A stretch of DNA of 64,000 bases from Spirochaetota bacterium (GTDB lineage: Bacteria; Spirochaetota; UBA12135; COTS27; JAFLEE01), in the NCBI GenBank assembly GCA_017302015.1, contig JAFLEE010000006.1:1-64000 (forward strand). The letters are read 5' to 3'. The notes beneath the pieces were generated by a model. That model ran no database searches. It was not told where the DNA came from and saw nothing but the letters and a program-made list of their open reading frames with translations. The position numbers and the translations under genes are program-made. Numbering within the stretch: the stretch's first letter is position 1; every line of letters starts with the position of its first letter. Shown here in pieces: positions 17,316 through 28,400 of this stretch.

Positions 17316-18449
17316 ATGAAACGGCGCAAGACCCAAGGCCGCCCCGGACGGCAACCGGGCACCGACGCATCCTCATTGCGCCACGCCTGGCTCGGCCGGG
17401 AACTCGAGGCCGAACTCGATCGCACCAAGCCGTCCCCCCATGCGCCCTTCCTCTCCGAAACGATTATCCGAACGCGCTACGATGTCAGCCTCCAGACGGT
17501 GAGGCGGGCTCTCCTCGACCTGGAGCGCCAGGGCCTGGTCTACCGGATCCCGAGCCGGGGCACCTTCGTCGCGCCCCCCCGCAAGCGCCGCCGGCTCCTC
17601 CTCTTCATCCCCCGCATGGCGCCCACCGACCGAAGCTGGATCTCCGGTTCGGGCGGCGAGATCGCTTTTTTCCTCAATGCCCTCGACCGGGCCGCGGCCC
17701 CCGACCTCCCCTTCGAATTGGTCTTCGAGGCCAGCCGGGAATCGCTCCTGGCCCGTTGCGAAGAGGTCGCCTACGGGCAGCCGGGGGTCTCCGCGGTGGT
17801 GGTCTTCCGCGACTACACCGTGCTCGATGCCCTGGCCGTTGCGCTCAAGGAGAAGGGCGTGCCGCTCCTCTTCTACGGCTCTTCCGCCCAGCGGGAGCGT
17901 GTCTCGGGTATCTCCTCGCTCCTCTACGACGAGGGCCGCGTCACGCGCTTGGCCCTCGAGCACCTCCACCAACTCGGGCATCGGCGCATCGGTTGCGTGT
18001 GGGTCCCCGAGCAGCACGCCCAGGCGGCGCGCCATGAAGCCTGGCGGGCGTGGATGGCCGAAAAGAAGCTCGCCATCGACCCGGATTGGGAAGTGCCGGT
18101 CGCGTTTCCCACCGCCGCCGACACGGTGGCCTTCCGCGACGGCGAATTGCGCCGCCAGGGGCGGGCGTGGACGGCCCTCTACGCCGCCGCCGACCAGTAC
18201 CTCCCCCAGGTCTTCCGCATACTACGCGCCCAAGGGCGATCGATCCCGGGGGATTTGAGCGTGGTCGGAGTCGACAATTCCGCCGCGGGGGTTTGGAGCG
18301 ACCCCCCGGCCACGGTGATCGACCTCCCCCTCGATGCCGACGGCCGGCGCATCGTGGAACTCGCGGCCCTGGCCGTGAAGGGCGAGCGGTTCTCCTGGGA
18401 GAGCGCGGTGACCTTGGTGGTCCGTGAATCGACCCACTCAGTGGGGTAG
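17316..18449 (+). CDS. Transcriptional regulator with a GntR-type HTH N-terminus fused to a LacI/periplasmic-binding-like sugar-binding domain
   Basis: 377 aa. The HTH reads TIIRTRYDVSLQTVRRALLDLERQGLVYRIPSRGTFV. The C-terminal domain resembles LacI-family effector domains (…SAVVVFRDYTVLDALAVALKEKG…VVGVDN…). Confidence 0.65.
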   Translation: MKRRKTQGRPGRQPGTDASSLRHAWLGRELEAELDRTKPSPHAPFLSETIIRTRYDVSLQTVRRALLDLERQGLVYRIPSRGTFVAPPRKRRRLLLFIPRMAPTDRSWISGSGGEIAFFLNALDRAAAPDLPFELVFEASRESLLARCEEVAYGQPGVSAVVVFRDYTVLDALAVALKEKGVPLLFYGSSAQRERVSGISSLLYDEGRVTRLALEHLHQLGHRRIGCVWVPEQHAQAARHEAWRAWMAEKKLAIDPDWEVPVAFPTAADTVAFRDGELRRQGRAWTALYAAADQYLPQVFRILRAQGRSIPGDLSVVGVDNSAAGVWSDPPATVIDLPLDADGRRIVELAALAVKGERFSWESAVTLVVRESTHSVG

Positions 18450-18834
18450 GAGTCGACAGGCCCGGGCGGAAGCCATTCAAAGGCCGATGGCGTTGGATGG
18501 AACTTCGGTGGAGGGTCACGCCATTGGGGCGACTCCCATTTGACCGTCCAAAGAAACGGTGGTCCTGACCCTTAACCGAACTCTGAAAAATGAATTCGGG
18601 TTGCGTCATTTTTAGAAAATATGGATCCGCTTCTTTACACAGAAGGGGAGTTTTTGTTCCGGGACCGATTGAGATCCAGGTGGGATGGGGAAGACGTGGG
18701 GCGAATATGGCATTCGGTAACTTCTAAGGGTTGTCCTTCCCCGCCCAAGTTTCGGGATGCCTACAAATGAGGGCCCTTCGCGGAGAGTCGATCCGTTCGT
18801 GGAACGATCCTAAAATTGAAGTGTTATACCCATT

Positions 18835-19074
18835 ATGCGAATTGGCGCCGTTGTATTTACCCTGCGGAAGAAGAAGGGTCTGACCCAGGAACAACTCGCC
18901 TGGAAGGCCGACATCGCGCGTTCGCTGCTCCAGAGCATCGAGCGCGGCCGCCGAAAAGATTTCAAGATCTCGACCCTCCTGAAATTGTGCAAGGGCCTGG
19001 GCACTTCCCCCGTCGAGTTCTTCAAGATCTTCGGCGACGGCAACGGCCACCGCGACCCCGACTCGAATTCCTGA
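18835..19074 (+). CDS. XRE-family helix-turn-helix transcriptional regulator
   Basis: 79 aa: LRKKKGLTQEQLAWKADIARSLLQSIERGRR, a Cro/C1-type HTH. It sits in a locally AT-rich patch. Confidence 0.75.
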   Translation: MRIGAVVFTLRKKKGLTQEQLAWKADIARSLLQSIERGRRKDFKISTLLKLCKGLGTSPVEFFKIFGDGNGHRDPDSNS

Positions 19075-19115
19075 TTCCTTCCCACAACCGGTCCGCCCGC
19101 GCAAGGGCCTGTGAT

Positions 19116-19152
19116 GCCTCCTCGGGGACCGCCCCGCCGTCTTTTTTCAGGA
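19116..19152 (+). terminator. Candidate intrinsic terminator after the XRE gene
   Basis: CGGGGACCGCCCCG hairpin (5-bp GC stem, 4-nt loop) followed by CCGTCTTTTTT. Confidence 0.4.
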
Positions 19153-19245
19153 CAAAATAGGGCGCCGGCGCGCACCTGGCTGGCCCGGCCATCCCCCCGA
19201 CTCTTTCTTCTTTATTCGACCGGAATATTTTCGAGGCTCCCCGAT

Positions 19246-21684
19246 ATGCGTCTCCCCGCCATCCTTCTGCTCACCGCCTTCTGCGCGGCCCCCCTTGTCG
19301 CCGAACGTTCCCCCGTCAGCATCGATGGGATCAAACTCAAGCCGTGGAGCGGCCGCCTCGCCCTGACGAACCTCCCCTGGGACGCCCTGATCCAGGAAGC
19401 CGCCACCGACCCCGATGCTGGAAATCGTTTCGCCGATTGGAAGAAGCAGGCGACCGCCTGGGCGGCGGGGGATCTCATCCGCCGCCCCAAGACTTTGGAG
19501 GAGATCCCGATGGGACGCCTGGATCGCCGCGCGGGGGCCTGCGGACCGAACGCCCGACGTTTCGCCCTGGCCATGGATGACCAGGCGGTGTGGGGGATGC
19601 TGGGAAGGCAACTCATCCCGGCCGCCCTGGTGGTGCGCCGCAGCGGCGACAAGGCGGCCTTGGATTACCTTAGCCGCCAACTCGCGGAGATCGCCCAGTG
19701 GTGGCCCCTCCAAAGGCCCGGCTGGAGCCTCGACGCGCCGGATTCAAAACTCACGGGGGAGCACGACGGCCCCGCGCTCGCCGAAGGTTTCGCCATGGGG
19801 AGCCTCGCCTTCGCCATCGACATCCTGGGCGCGCGCCTCGACGGCAAGAACCGCGCCGAGCTCCGTTCCCTCCTCCAGAAGGAAATCGATTGGATCGCCC
19901 GCGCCTGGAAGGAGAAAATCCCCCGGTACGTGGGGGCCAAGGCCTATGGCGAGACCCTTTGGGCCCTTCCCAGCGCCGCCCTGGTCTTGGGATGCCTGGC
20001 CTTGGGAGAGGAAAAAAACCGCGCGGCCTACGAACTCGGCGCGGAGAACTTGGCCAAATGGCTGGCGGCCCAGGGAGAGGACGGCAGTTTTTCGGGGGGG
20101 TACGCGTATGCGGGACAGGCCATGGACTACGTATTCCCAGCCCTTTGGGCGATGGAACGCGCCGGCGACCGCCGCCTGGGCACCGCGCCCTTCCTGAAGC
20201 GCTACGCCTTTTGGTTCCACCAGCAGACCTTTCCGGGGATGACCGTGGTGAACCACGGAGATTGCGGGACGACCTGGGTGGCGTCGACCCCGGCGCGGCA
20301 TCTGATGCTCGCGACCCTCCTCTCGAGGGATCCCGGCGATCTTTGGGCGATGGAGCGGTTCTATCCGACCTTCGATCTGGCCGATCCGTTCTCCATCCTC
20401 TATCGCGTCGAGGCGCGGAAACTTCCCCCGTCGCGCGCGCCCCTTCCCCTCTCCGCCTTCTTCCCCAAAACGCAATTGGCCGTGTGGCGCAGCGATTGGG
20501 ACCTCGGGAACGCCATGGCCCTTTGGGCCAAGGGCGGCAGCCCCGCCGAACCCCGCCCCCACAACGATCAGGGGCAGGTGGTGGTGATGAACGGCGAAGA
20601 GCCCGTCCTCATCGACGCGGGCGCGGTGGTGGGCGGCGCGCCTGGCGAAGACGAGCGGTTCGCCTGCAGCGAAAGCCATAGCGTGATCCAGACCCCCTCG
20701 GGACCCAAGCGGCTCAAGCAGGGGGTGCGCGCGACTCTTTCCATCGAGCGCATGGACGCCTCAGGCGGGCTCCTTCGCATCGACGCGAGCGGTTGCCAGC
20801 CCGAGGTGAAATCGTGGCAGCGGCGCCTCGCGTGGACGGCAGAGGGGCGCGTTACGGTAGTCGACGAAGCCGAACTCTTGGAGGGGAAGCGGGCCGGGGA
20901 CGAGTGGTTCCGCTGGCAGACCGGGGCGCTCCAAGCCCCGCGCATCGCAGGCAGCGGCAAGCTCTGGTCCGCGACCTGGGGGAGCAACCGGCTCGATCTG
21001 GAGGCGGATCGCCCCATCGCGGTCTCCAGCGTGCGATGGACGAGCGCGCTCCTTAAGGAGCACTTCGCGGTGGTCGTGAAGGCCGCCGAACCCGGCGTGG
21101 CGCTTCGCCTCAGCACCGTGGTCTCCTTCGCCCGCAAGGTCGCCAAACCCCCGACCACACGGATTCCTTATCTCGAATACTTGAAGGGCCGCCTTCCCGG
21201 CGCCCCGGGAGAGCCCATCGTCCTCCAGGGGGAAGACATGCTGCCCCCGGGATCGGGAATGCGGGTGGCGACCGATAAGGTCGGCGCCAAGAACGCGGTC
21301 ACGGGGTGGGACGCCCTGGGCGCCCGCCTCGAGAAGGAAGTGGCGGTGGCGGAGGAAGGCTGGTACTTCATCGGGGCGAAGTACTGCACCCCCCTCGCGG
21401 CGCTGCGCGCCGTGGAGATCGACGGGGAGGTGCCCTTCGCCGAGGCCGACCGCATACCGCTTCCCGCGACGCTGCCCTTTCCCGATAGCGACGGTTTCGC
21501 CAATCACGCAGACGATTGGAGTTTCGCCCTCTTGGGGGCCCGCGCCGATCGGCCGGGGCTCCTCTTCAAATTGGGGGCGGGCAAGCACCGCATCGCCTTC
21601 ATCAACCGGGGCAACCCGTGCGAGCTCGATTATTTCGCCCTCATCCCCGAGGGGCAGACCCGCCTGGATTTGATGGACCGCTGA
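19246..21684 (+). CDS. Secreted heparinase II/III-like polysaccharide lyase family protein
   Basis: Signal peptide MRLPAILLLTAFCAAPLVA. The central region carries an H-x-x-D-x-G...D-x-G block (RPHNDQGQVVVMNGEEPVLIDAGAV) as in the Hepar_II_III domain. The N-terminus is alpha-rich and the C-terminus is an extra beta domain. Confidence 0.5.
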   Translation: MRLPAILLLTAFCAAPLVAERSPVSIDGIKLKPWSGRLALTNLPWDALIQEAATDPDAGNRFADWKKQATAWAAGDLIRRPKTLEEIPMGRLDRRAGACGPNARRFALAMDDQAVWGMLGRQLIPAALVVRRSGDKAALDYLSRQLAEIAQWWPLQRPGWSLDAPDSKLTGEHDGPALAEGFAMGSLAFAIDILGARLDGKNRAELRSLLQKEIDWIARAWKEKIPRYVGAKAYGETLWALPSAALVLGCLALGEEKNRAAYELGAENLAKWLAAQGEDGSFSGGYAYAGQAMDYVFPALWAMERAGDRRLGTAPFLKRYAFWFHQQTFPGMTVVNHGDCGTTWVASTPARHLMLATLLSRDPGDLWAMERFYPTFDLADPFSILYRVEARKLPPSRAPLPLSAFFPKTQLAVWRSDWDLGNAMALWAKGGSPAEPRPHNDQGQVVVMNGEEPVLIDAGAVVGGAPGEDERFACSESHSVIQTPSGPKRLKQGVRATLSIERMDASGGLLRIDASGCQPEVKSWQRRLAWTAEGRVTVVDEAELLEGKRAGDEWFRWQTGALQAPRIAGSGKLWSATWGSNRLDLEADRPIAVSSVRWTSALLKEHFAVVVKAAEPGVALRLSTVVSFARKVAKPPTTRIPYLEYLKGRLPGAPGEPIVLQGEDMLPPGSGMRVATDKVGAKNAVTGWDALGARLEKEVAVAEEGWYFIGAKYCTPLAALRAVEIDGEVPFAEADRIPLPATLPFPDSDGFANHADDWSFALLGARADRPGLLFKLGAGKHRIAFINRGNPCELDYFALIPEGQTRLDLMDR

Positions 21685-21744
21685 GCGGACGGTTCCCCCG
21701 GGGGACGAGGAGATTTTGAGGCTAGAATCCTCCCAGGAGCCCCC

Positions 21745-22527
21745 TTGGAAATCTTCCTCGCCACCGTCGCCCTCGAAAAAAACCGTTGGAGCACCCGCGT
21801 GCCGAGTGTCCGGGTTTCCGAATACCTGCCGCGCATCCGGGAGGCGGGCTTCGACGGGATCGAACTCTGGGAGAACCACAGCGAATCGGTCCCGGCGGAC
21901 GAACGCGAAGCGCTCGGCGCCATCCCCGTGGGCATCTTCAATTCTTATTGCGACTTCACCGACGCGGGGGCCGACGCGAGATCCCGCGCGCTCAAGGCTT
22001 GCGCCGATTTCGGGAGCGGGGGCCTGAAGTGGAACGTGGGCAAGGAAGCCGAGCGCCGCGGGGAGTTCCTGCGCCATGCGGCCGCCATGGCCCGCGCCCT
22101 TCCCCGGGAATTCCGCTTCCTCTGCGAATGCCACCCCGGTACGATCCTCGAGGCGCCCGCCGAGGCCAAGCGGTTCCTCGATGAACTCGAGGCGGCGACG
22201 GAAGGCAGCGCGGTGCGCATCGGGTCCATCGTCCACCCCTTCAACATCGAGGAAGGCGCCTTGGAGGCTTGGTTCGACGCCTTGGGAGCCCGCATCGACC
22301 ATGCCCACGTCCAACCGCGCGACGCCAAGGGCCGGGTCCTCGCGCTGAAGTTCGACGAGGCGCGCGTGCGCCGCCGGCTCGCGGCGATGAAGGCGCGCGG
22401 CTTTGGGGGCACCTGGACGATCGAGTTCGTCGAGGGCACGGGCCAGCCCGGGGAAAATCCGGAGAGCCTCTTCCGCCAGGCCCGGGAAGACCACGACCTG
22501 CTGCGCGCCTGGTGGGAACGTCCATGA
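21745..22527 (+). CDS. Sugar phosphate isomerase/epimerase (xylose isomerase-like TIM barrel)
   Basis: 260 aa with GFDGIELWENH and CECHPGTILE blocks typical of AP endonuclease 2/xylose isomerase-like TIM barrels. Confidence 0.7.
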   Translation: MEIFLATVALEKNRWSTRVPSVRVSEYLPRIREAGFDGIELWENHSESVPADEREALGAIPVGIFNSYCDFTDAGADARSRALKACADFGSGGLKWNVGKEAERRGEFLRHAAAMARALPREFRFLCECHPGTILEAPAEAKRFLDELEAATEGSAVRIGSIVHPFNIEEGALEAWFDALGARIDHAHVQPRDAKGRVLALKFDEARVRRRLAAMKARGFGGTWTIEFVEGTGQPGENPESLFRQAREDHDLLRAWWERP

Positions 22528-23540
22528 CGCGGCCGGCCTTCCTCTACCTGCCGGAGAAGCAGGTGAACGAGCGGATCCTCCCCGGGCCCATGGTCGAAGC
22601 GCTCCGTTCCCGGGGAGACCTGAGGGTGGTCGAGGGGGCCGCCGCGCTCCCCGAGTCGGAGCGGGCGGGCCTCATCCGGGAGTGCGAGGTGCTCTTTTCG
22701 GGATGGGGATCCGCCCCCGTGCCGGCTTCGCTGGCCGCCAATCCCGGCCGACTCAAATGGGTGTGCCAGATCACGGGGGAACTCAAGAAAACGATCCCCA
22801 TCGAGCTCGTGCGCGCCGGGATCGCCGTGACCAATTGGGGGGATACGCCGGCCCATGCCGTCGCGGAGGGGGCCCTCGCGCTGCTCCTGGCCGCGCTGAA
22901 GGACCTCCACCACCAGATCCAGCACCAGCGGGAGGGACGGCGTCCCGCGGACCCGCGCTATTCCTTCTACACCCTCGGCGAACTCCGCCTCGGCGTCTAC
23001 GGCCTCGGGGTGATCGGGCGGCGCTTCCTCGAACTGCTCGCGCCGTTTCGGCCGACGGTGCGGGTCTTCGACCCCTATCTCAAGGATCTCCCCCCCGGGT
23101 GCGAGCGCTCAGGCAGCCTGGAAGATCTCTTCTCCAACGCCGATGCCATCGCCATCCACGCCGGGCAGACCCCCGAGACCGTGGGCACGGTGTCGGCGGC
23201 GCTCCTCGAGCGCTTGCCCGATGGCGCCCTGGTGATCAATACCGCCCGGCCCCTCATCATCGACCAGGAGGCGCTCTTCGCGGAACTATCCCGGGGCCGC
23301 CTGCGCGCGGGCCTCGACGTCGTGAACCACGACGAGATCCCCGCGGAGCATCCCATCCGGCGCTGCGAGAATCTCATCTGGACGGGCCACCGCATCTCCA
23401 GCGAATGGCCGAGCGACGGGAAGCCCGTGACGCGCCTGCGGGCCATGCACCGCACCGCGCTGGCCAATCTCGACCGCTACCTCGCCGGCGAGGAACTCCT
23501 GTTCCGGATGGACGAGACGCGCTACCTGCGCAGCACCTGA
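22524..23540 (+). CDS. D-isomer-specific 2-hydroxyacid dehydrogenase family protein (NAD-binding)
   Basis: ATGA overlap with the previous gene. NAD-binding GxGxxG in LGVYGLGVIGRRF and a catalytic-region ...HAG... block. Confidence 0.7.
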   Translation: MTRPAFLYLPEKQVNERILPGPMVEALRSRGDLRVVEGAAALPESERAGLIRECEVLFSGWGSAPVPASLAANPGRLKWVCQITGELKKTIPIELVRAGIAVTNWGDTPAHAVAEGALALLLAALKDLHHQIQHQREGRRPADPRYSFYTLGELRLGVYGLGVIGRRFLELLAPFRPTVRVFDPYLKDLPPGCERSGSLEDLFSNADAIAIHAGQTPETVGTVSAALLERLPDGALVINTARPLIIDQEALFAELSRGRLRAGLDVVNHDEIPAEHPIRRCENLIWTGHRISSEWPSDGKPVTRLRAMHRTALANLDRYLAGEELLFRMDETRYLRST

Positions 23541-23564
23541 GGCGCCCGGGGAGCGTCGCCCCCG

Positions 23565-25385
23565 TTATTCGCTTTCCGAGACGAGTTTCAGGTCGTCGAG
23601 ATAGCAGATGGCTTCGGCATCGTTGTAGAGGATCAGCCCGAGCCAATGGACGGCGCTGAAGCCGGTGTTTTTGTGCGGGAGCCGGAAAACCTGCGTCTTC
23701 TCGCCGGCCGGGGTGAGTTCGAGGCCGCAGTCCTTCGACGGGGCGCCCGGGGTGAAGGTCAGTTTCACGCGCGTCCACGATCCATTTTTAAGCATCGGGA
23801 GCGCGAGGCCCCCGGCGACGACCTTGCCGTCTTTTTGGAACTCGAGGATGGGCCCGGTCTGGTATTGTTTCTGGCTATTGTCGCGGAGTTCGACGGTGAA
23901 TTGGGCGGGCTTGGTGGCGTGGTTCATGAAGGCGAAGGAGAGGGTGACCTTCCCATTGGTGAGGGCCCGGGCCCCGGAGAATTTGAACTCGCGAAGCGGT
24001 TCCCAAGCCTTGGCCAACCCGGGGGCATCGGCGAATTTCAGGGAAGCCTTGCCGCCGGCGGCGGCCTCTTCGCTCACGGCGATGGTGGCGCCCTTCTCGG
24101 GCGCGGCGCCGACGACGCCGATGGGGACGGATCCCGCCACGCGGCCCTCGTTGTTCTCGTCGATGAGGATCCGGCGGCCGGCGGGGGCGGCGGCGAGGGG
24201 GGCGCGCTCGACGTGCTCGCTGCTGGCGAGGAGGCCCCGCTTGTCCACGAGGTTGAGGAAGAAGACGGTGGCCTCGGGGGGGATCTCGGCGACGGCGCGC
24301 TTGCCCGCCTCGTCGAGGCGGGCGCCTGTGGACATCCACCAGCGGTGCTCCCAGACGCCCGAGTCGGTGGTGTAATTGAGTTCGGCCTCGGCCATGGGCA
24401 CGGGGGACGCCCAGGTCGCCCAGGCTTCCTTGGCGTCGTGGCCCTGGCCGGTGAGCTTGGTGAGGGCGGGCTTGCCGCTAAAAAGGCTCTCGGTGAAGGC
24501 GGCGATCTCGTTGGGCGCCCATCCCGCGGTGTGGCTATGGGGCATGTTCACCCGCAGGGCGAGGGCGCGGGGCCCGGAGGGGAGGCGGTAGGATTTCTGG
24601 AGGGAGGGCATGGGGAAGAAATGGTCCCCCGTGCCGCTCACCCAGAGCATGGGCATGGCGGCTTTCGCGAGGTGCTGGGACGCGTCGAACCGCGAAAGCC
24701 ACAGGGCCCCCTTCTCGCCCAGGTCCTTGAGCTTGCCCGTCCAGGCGCTGTCCTCCCCGTAAAAGCCGCAGCCATAGACGGGGATGGCGCATTTGAAACG
24801 GGAATCGACCCCCGACACCACCGAGGTGAGGTAACCGCCCCAGGAAATGCCGGTGACGCCCACGCGCTCCACATCGACCTCGGGGAAGGAGCGCAGGAGC
24901 GAGTGGGCGCGGACCACCGCGGCCACCGCGTGATAGGGCCATTGGTCCGCCATCACGTCGTCGACCTGGTCGAAGCCGCCCCAGCCATTGGGGCCCGCGG
25001 CGTCGTGGCGCACGCGTTTGGCGCTGGCGGTATTGCCCTGCGGGGTGCACCCGGTGGTGTCCATGGCGATGGCCGCGTAACCGCGCTTGTTCCAGAGTTG
25101 GACCCATTCCGCGAACGCCGTTCCCCCGCCGCCGTGGATGACGACCATGGCGGGGTACTTCTTGCCCGTCCCGTAGGCGGGGGCGCCGTACCAGGCGAAA
25201 ACCTTGGTGGGCTTCCCCTTGTAGGGGAGCCCCTCGATGAACCAGGCCGTCAGCCCTTCGTTGGTGAAACCGTCGGCCCGCGCGGCCTTGGGCGTGGGGA
25301 AGAGTTCGGCGGTGTTCCAGATCGGGGCGGCGAAAGCCAGGGAACCCGAGAGGAGGAGAGCGGCGGCAAGGATCGGTTTGGCCAT
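23565..25385 (-). CDS. Secreted alpha/beta-hydrolase (acetyl xylan esterase/dienelactone hydrolase-like) with a C-terminal beta-sandwich domain
   Basis: Signal peptide MAKPILAAALLLSGSLAFA. Nucleophile elbow GISWGG (GxSxG). VVIHGGGG oxyanion region. Confidence 0.6.
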   Translation of the reverse strand: MAKPILAAALLLSGSLAFAAPIWNTAELFPTPKAARADGFTNEGLTAWFIEGLPYKGKPTKVFAWYGAPAYGTGKKYPAMVVIHGGGGTAFAEWVQLWNKRGYAAIAMDTTGCTPQGNTASAKRVRHDAAGPNGWGGFDQVDDVMADQWPYHAVAAVVRAHSLLRSFPEVDVERVGVTGISWGGYLTSVVSGVDSRFKCAIPVYGCGFYGEDSAWTGKLKDLGEKGALWLSRFDASQHLAKAAMPMLWVSGTGDHFFPMPSLQKSYRLPSGPRALALRVNMPHSHTAGWAPNEIAAFTESLFSGKPALTKLTGQGHDAKEAWATWASPVPMAEAELNYTTDSGVWEHRWWMSTGARLDEAGKRAVAEIPPEATVFFLNLVDKRGLLASSEHVERAPLAAAPAGRRILIDENNEGRVAGSVPIGVVGAAPEKGATIAVSEEAAAGGKASLKFADAPGLAKAWEPLREFKFSGARALTNGKVTLSFAFMNHATKPAQFTVELRDNSQKQYQTGPILEFQKDGKVVAGGLALPMLKNGSWTRVKLTFTPGAPSKDCGLELTPAGEKTQVFRLPHKNTGFSAVHWLGLILYNDAEAICYLDDLKLVSESE

Positions 25386-25452
25386 GTTTACCTCGAATCT
25401 CGGGGGGTGAAGCGCGCGGGGACGGCCCCCTCGGGCGCCCCCCGGCGTCGCC

Positions 25453-28400
25453 TCATTTCGTTTTCTCGACCTCGTACTTCAGGTTGTCGAGCCACAGGGC
25501 GGTGCGCGCCTGGGCCATGGCCGACCAGATGATCATTTCACAGGCGGCCCAATCGGAAGAGCCGTTTCGCAGGCCGCTCCACTCTTCCCGCGCCCCGCCT
25601 TCGGGGGTGATGGCGAGGTCCCAGGTGCCCGCGGGTTTCCCGTCCTGCATGGCCGACATCTCGACGTGCAGCCATTTTTTCTTCGGGAAGGAGGCGAGCT
25701 TGCGCTTGTCCACTTCCAGGGAGCCGTCGGCCAAAATTTTGAACGAGGGGCCGATCCGGTAGGGATTGCCGGCGGTCTCCCGCCACTCGTGCCAGAAGAC
25801 GGCCTCGTCCTCCATCCAAAGGTCGAAGGAGGCCTTGAGGCGGCCCTTGAGGAATTTGTTGGCGAAATTGAGGTGGGGCTTCCATTCGGGGCCGAGATTC
25901 ACGTCGTCCTGGAACTTGAGGCTATAGGTACCCTTGGCGTGGGTGCCGTCGGTGAGGATGCCGGCGTCGTAGCCGCCGAAGGAGGGCGGCACGCCCGGGG
26001 CGATGGCGTCGAAATCCTCGGCGAAGAGGCTGCGGCGGCTGGTGGCTTTCGGCGCCTCGGGGGGCTTGGTGTCGGGGTTCACGCCCCGGGGGGTGTAACG
26101 GGCGGGGAGTCTCGTCCATTCCGCCGCGCCGTAGAGCCCGGCCTTGGCGATCTCGTCGAGGAAGGGCTCGAAGCCGAGTTTGGCCGCGGGGGAGCCGGCC
26201 TTGAGGCGGAAATCGTACTTGGCCGCGTTCTCGAAGAGCGGGTCGGCCACGCGGCCGTTCTTGTCGAAGCCCTCTTCGGCCTGCCACTCCGGGAAGGTGA
26301 TGCCCGAGAAGCTGTAATTCGAGGTGGAGGCGTCCTTCAGATCCCAATAGAGGTTCTTGTCGAAGCGGAACTCCGGGTTCTTGAACCCCTTATTGACCGC
26401 GAACGAATTGGTGGTGAGGACGATATTTCGCTCGAAGATGAAGCTCTTGTTCTTGTCGTCGCCGCGCTTGGAGATCACGTTGCCCTCGGCGGCGAAGGCG
26501 AAGATATTGTTGCGGATGAGGTTATTGCTGCCGTAATGCTGGTGGAACCCGCCGCTTTTGGTGTTGTAGACGAGGTTCTTCTCGAGAAGCACGTCGCTCG
26601 AGCCCTCGTCGGTGTAGAGCCCCCAGCCCCCGTAGGAATAGGCCCACACGTCGTGCACGTGGTTATAGCGCTCCACCGTCCCCGGGGAGATCCCCAGGGT
26701 GTAGATGCCCGCCATGTCCGAGAGTTCGCCGAGGCCGAAATGGTGGAGATGGTTGTGCTCGAAGAGGTTCCCCTGCACGCCCGACGGGGTGTTGAAGCCC
26801 CAGGTCCAGCCGGCCCCGATGGGGGAATAGTCGAGGTCGCTGATCTCGTTATGGGTGATTTTATTGAAGGAACTCTTGCCGATCCACACCCCGTGGGCGC
26901 CGTGGAGGATGAGGTTGACCTTGTGGATGAACGAGTTGTCGACGGTGATGCGCTCGGTGCGCTGGCCGGGGTCGGGGCTATAGCCCGTGTCGCCGATATA
27001 CACGCCGCCGCCGCCGTGGTCGTAGATATGGCATTGGCGCAGGGCCACGTCGAAGCAGCCCTTCTCGATCCAGATGGCGTGCAGGTTGCCGTGGGAGAAC
27101 TCGCAATCGGTGAAAGAAGCGTTCTTCAGGCCGGTGGCCCAGAACATGGCCTTGCGCACGCCGACGAAGGCCTGGCCGTCGATTTTTTCGGTGGGATCGA
27201 AATCGCGGTCGGTGTGGAGGAAACGGAGGCCGCTGACCTCGAGATGCTCCACGTAGGCGCCCGCCTTCGGGTCGCCTTGCACGTCGATGAGGCTGGTGGC
27301 GAAGGGGGCGATGACCTCGAGTTTGTTGGGGTCTTCCCCGGGCTTGGGGAGATAGGAGAGTACGCCGCTGGTGCGGTCGAGGTACCATTCGCCCGGGGCA
27401 TCGAGGGCCTCGCGGACGTTCTCGAAATAATAGCGCGCATCGCCCCATTTGCCGAACGGGTACCCCGAGGGATTTTGGAAGACGAGGCGGCGCTCGCCGG
27501 GGATCGCCAGGGCGAGGCCGTGGACGGAGGCCGTCCAGGAATGGTAGACCCAGGCGTCGATATCCTGGAAATTCGCCCACTGGGGATTCACATCGCCGGG
27601 CTTGTAGATCAGGGCCGTGTTGGGGGCGTCCTTCGGGTTGGACTCGGGGCGGAAGAAGCCCGTGTTCGGGTGGCGGCTGCGCTGGGCGCGCTCCCCGCCG
27701 ACCCAGAGGGCCTTGAAGTACCATTCGCCGCTCTTCACCGCGGGGATCGTGGTTTGCCAAAGTTCGCCGACCTTCGTCCATCCGGTGATCGGCCGGCCGC
27801 CGCTGAGGGTGGCCGCGCCGGGGGTCTCGGCGACGATGCGCAGGGGCTTGCCCGGGGTGCCCGAGATGTCGGGGGTGAGGAGGATGGGCCCGGAAATCCG
27901 GTAGGTGCCGTTCTTCACCACGATCTGGGCGCCGTCCTTGCCTTGCCCCTTGGCCCGCAGGCCGCGGATCATCTCGAGGGCCCCGTTCACCGAGGCGAAG
28001 GGCCCGTCGCTCTTCTGGGCGTTCGGGGCGGGGAGCGTCCCGGTGAAGCGGTCGTCGCCATCGGGCGCCACGTAATAGGTGGCGGCGGCCTTGAGGTTTT
28101 GGGTCCGGGTGCGCGGGGTGTAGCCCGTGGGGCCCGAGGGCACCTTGGGTTCCTTCGGGGGCTTCGCGACGGCCCGGGACTCGGAGGCGATCTCGTCGGC
28201 GGAGAGGGCCCGCTTCCACAGGCGGACCTCGTCGACGCTGCCGATGATGTTCTGCCAGCTGCTGCCGATGGTCAGCGGCTTGTCGCTTAGGTATTGGATG
28301 CCGGCGGCGGTCCCGAGATTCCCCTCGCCTTCCGGGGCGCCGTCGACGTACCAGCGGAGTTTGCCCGCGCCGCGATCGAAGACCATGGCGATGTGGGCCC

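Noticed and set aside
18621-18768. 49-aa ORF upstream of the XRE regulator as a HigB/RelE toxin
   Set aside because: It is too short (toxins are ~90-100 aa). No convincing RelE/HigB motif appears in any frame. It is kept only as a possible remnant in the AT-rich patch finding.
25666-28290. 874-aa plus-strand ORF and 637-aa minus-strand ORF (26978-28891) inside the giant LamG/beta-helix gene
   Set aside because: These are alternative-frame/antisense artefacts with extreme Gly/Arg/Pro content. The 1365-aa frame carries the recognisable LamG and beta-helix blocks.
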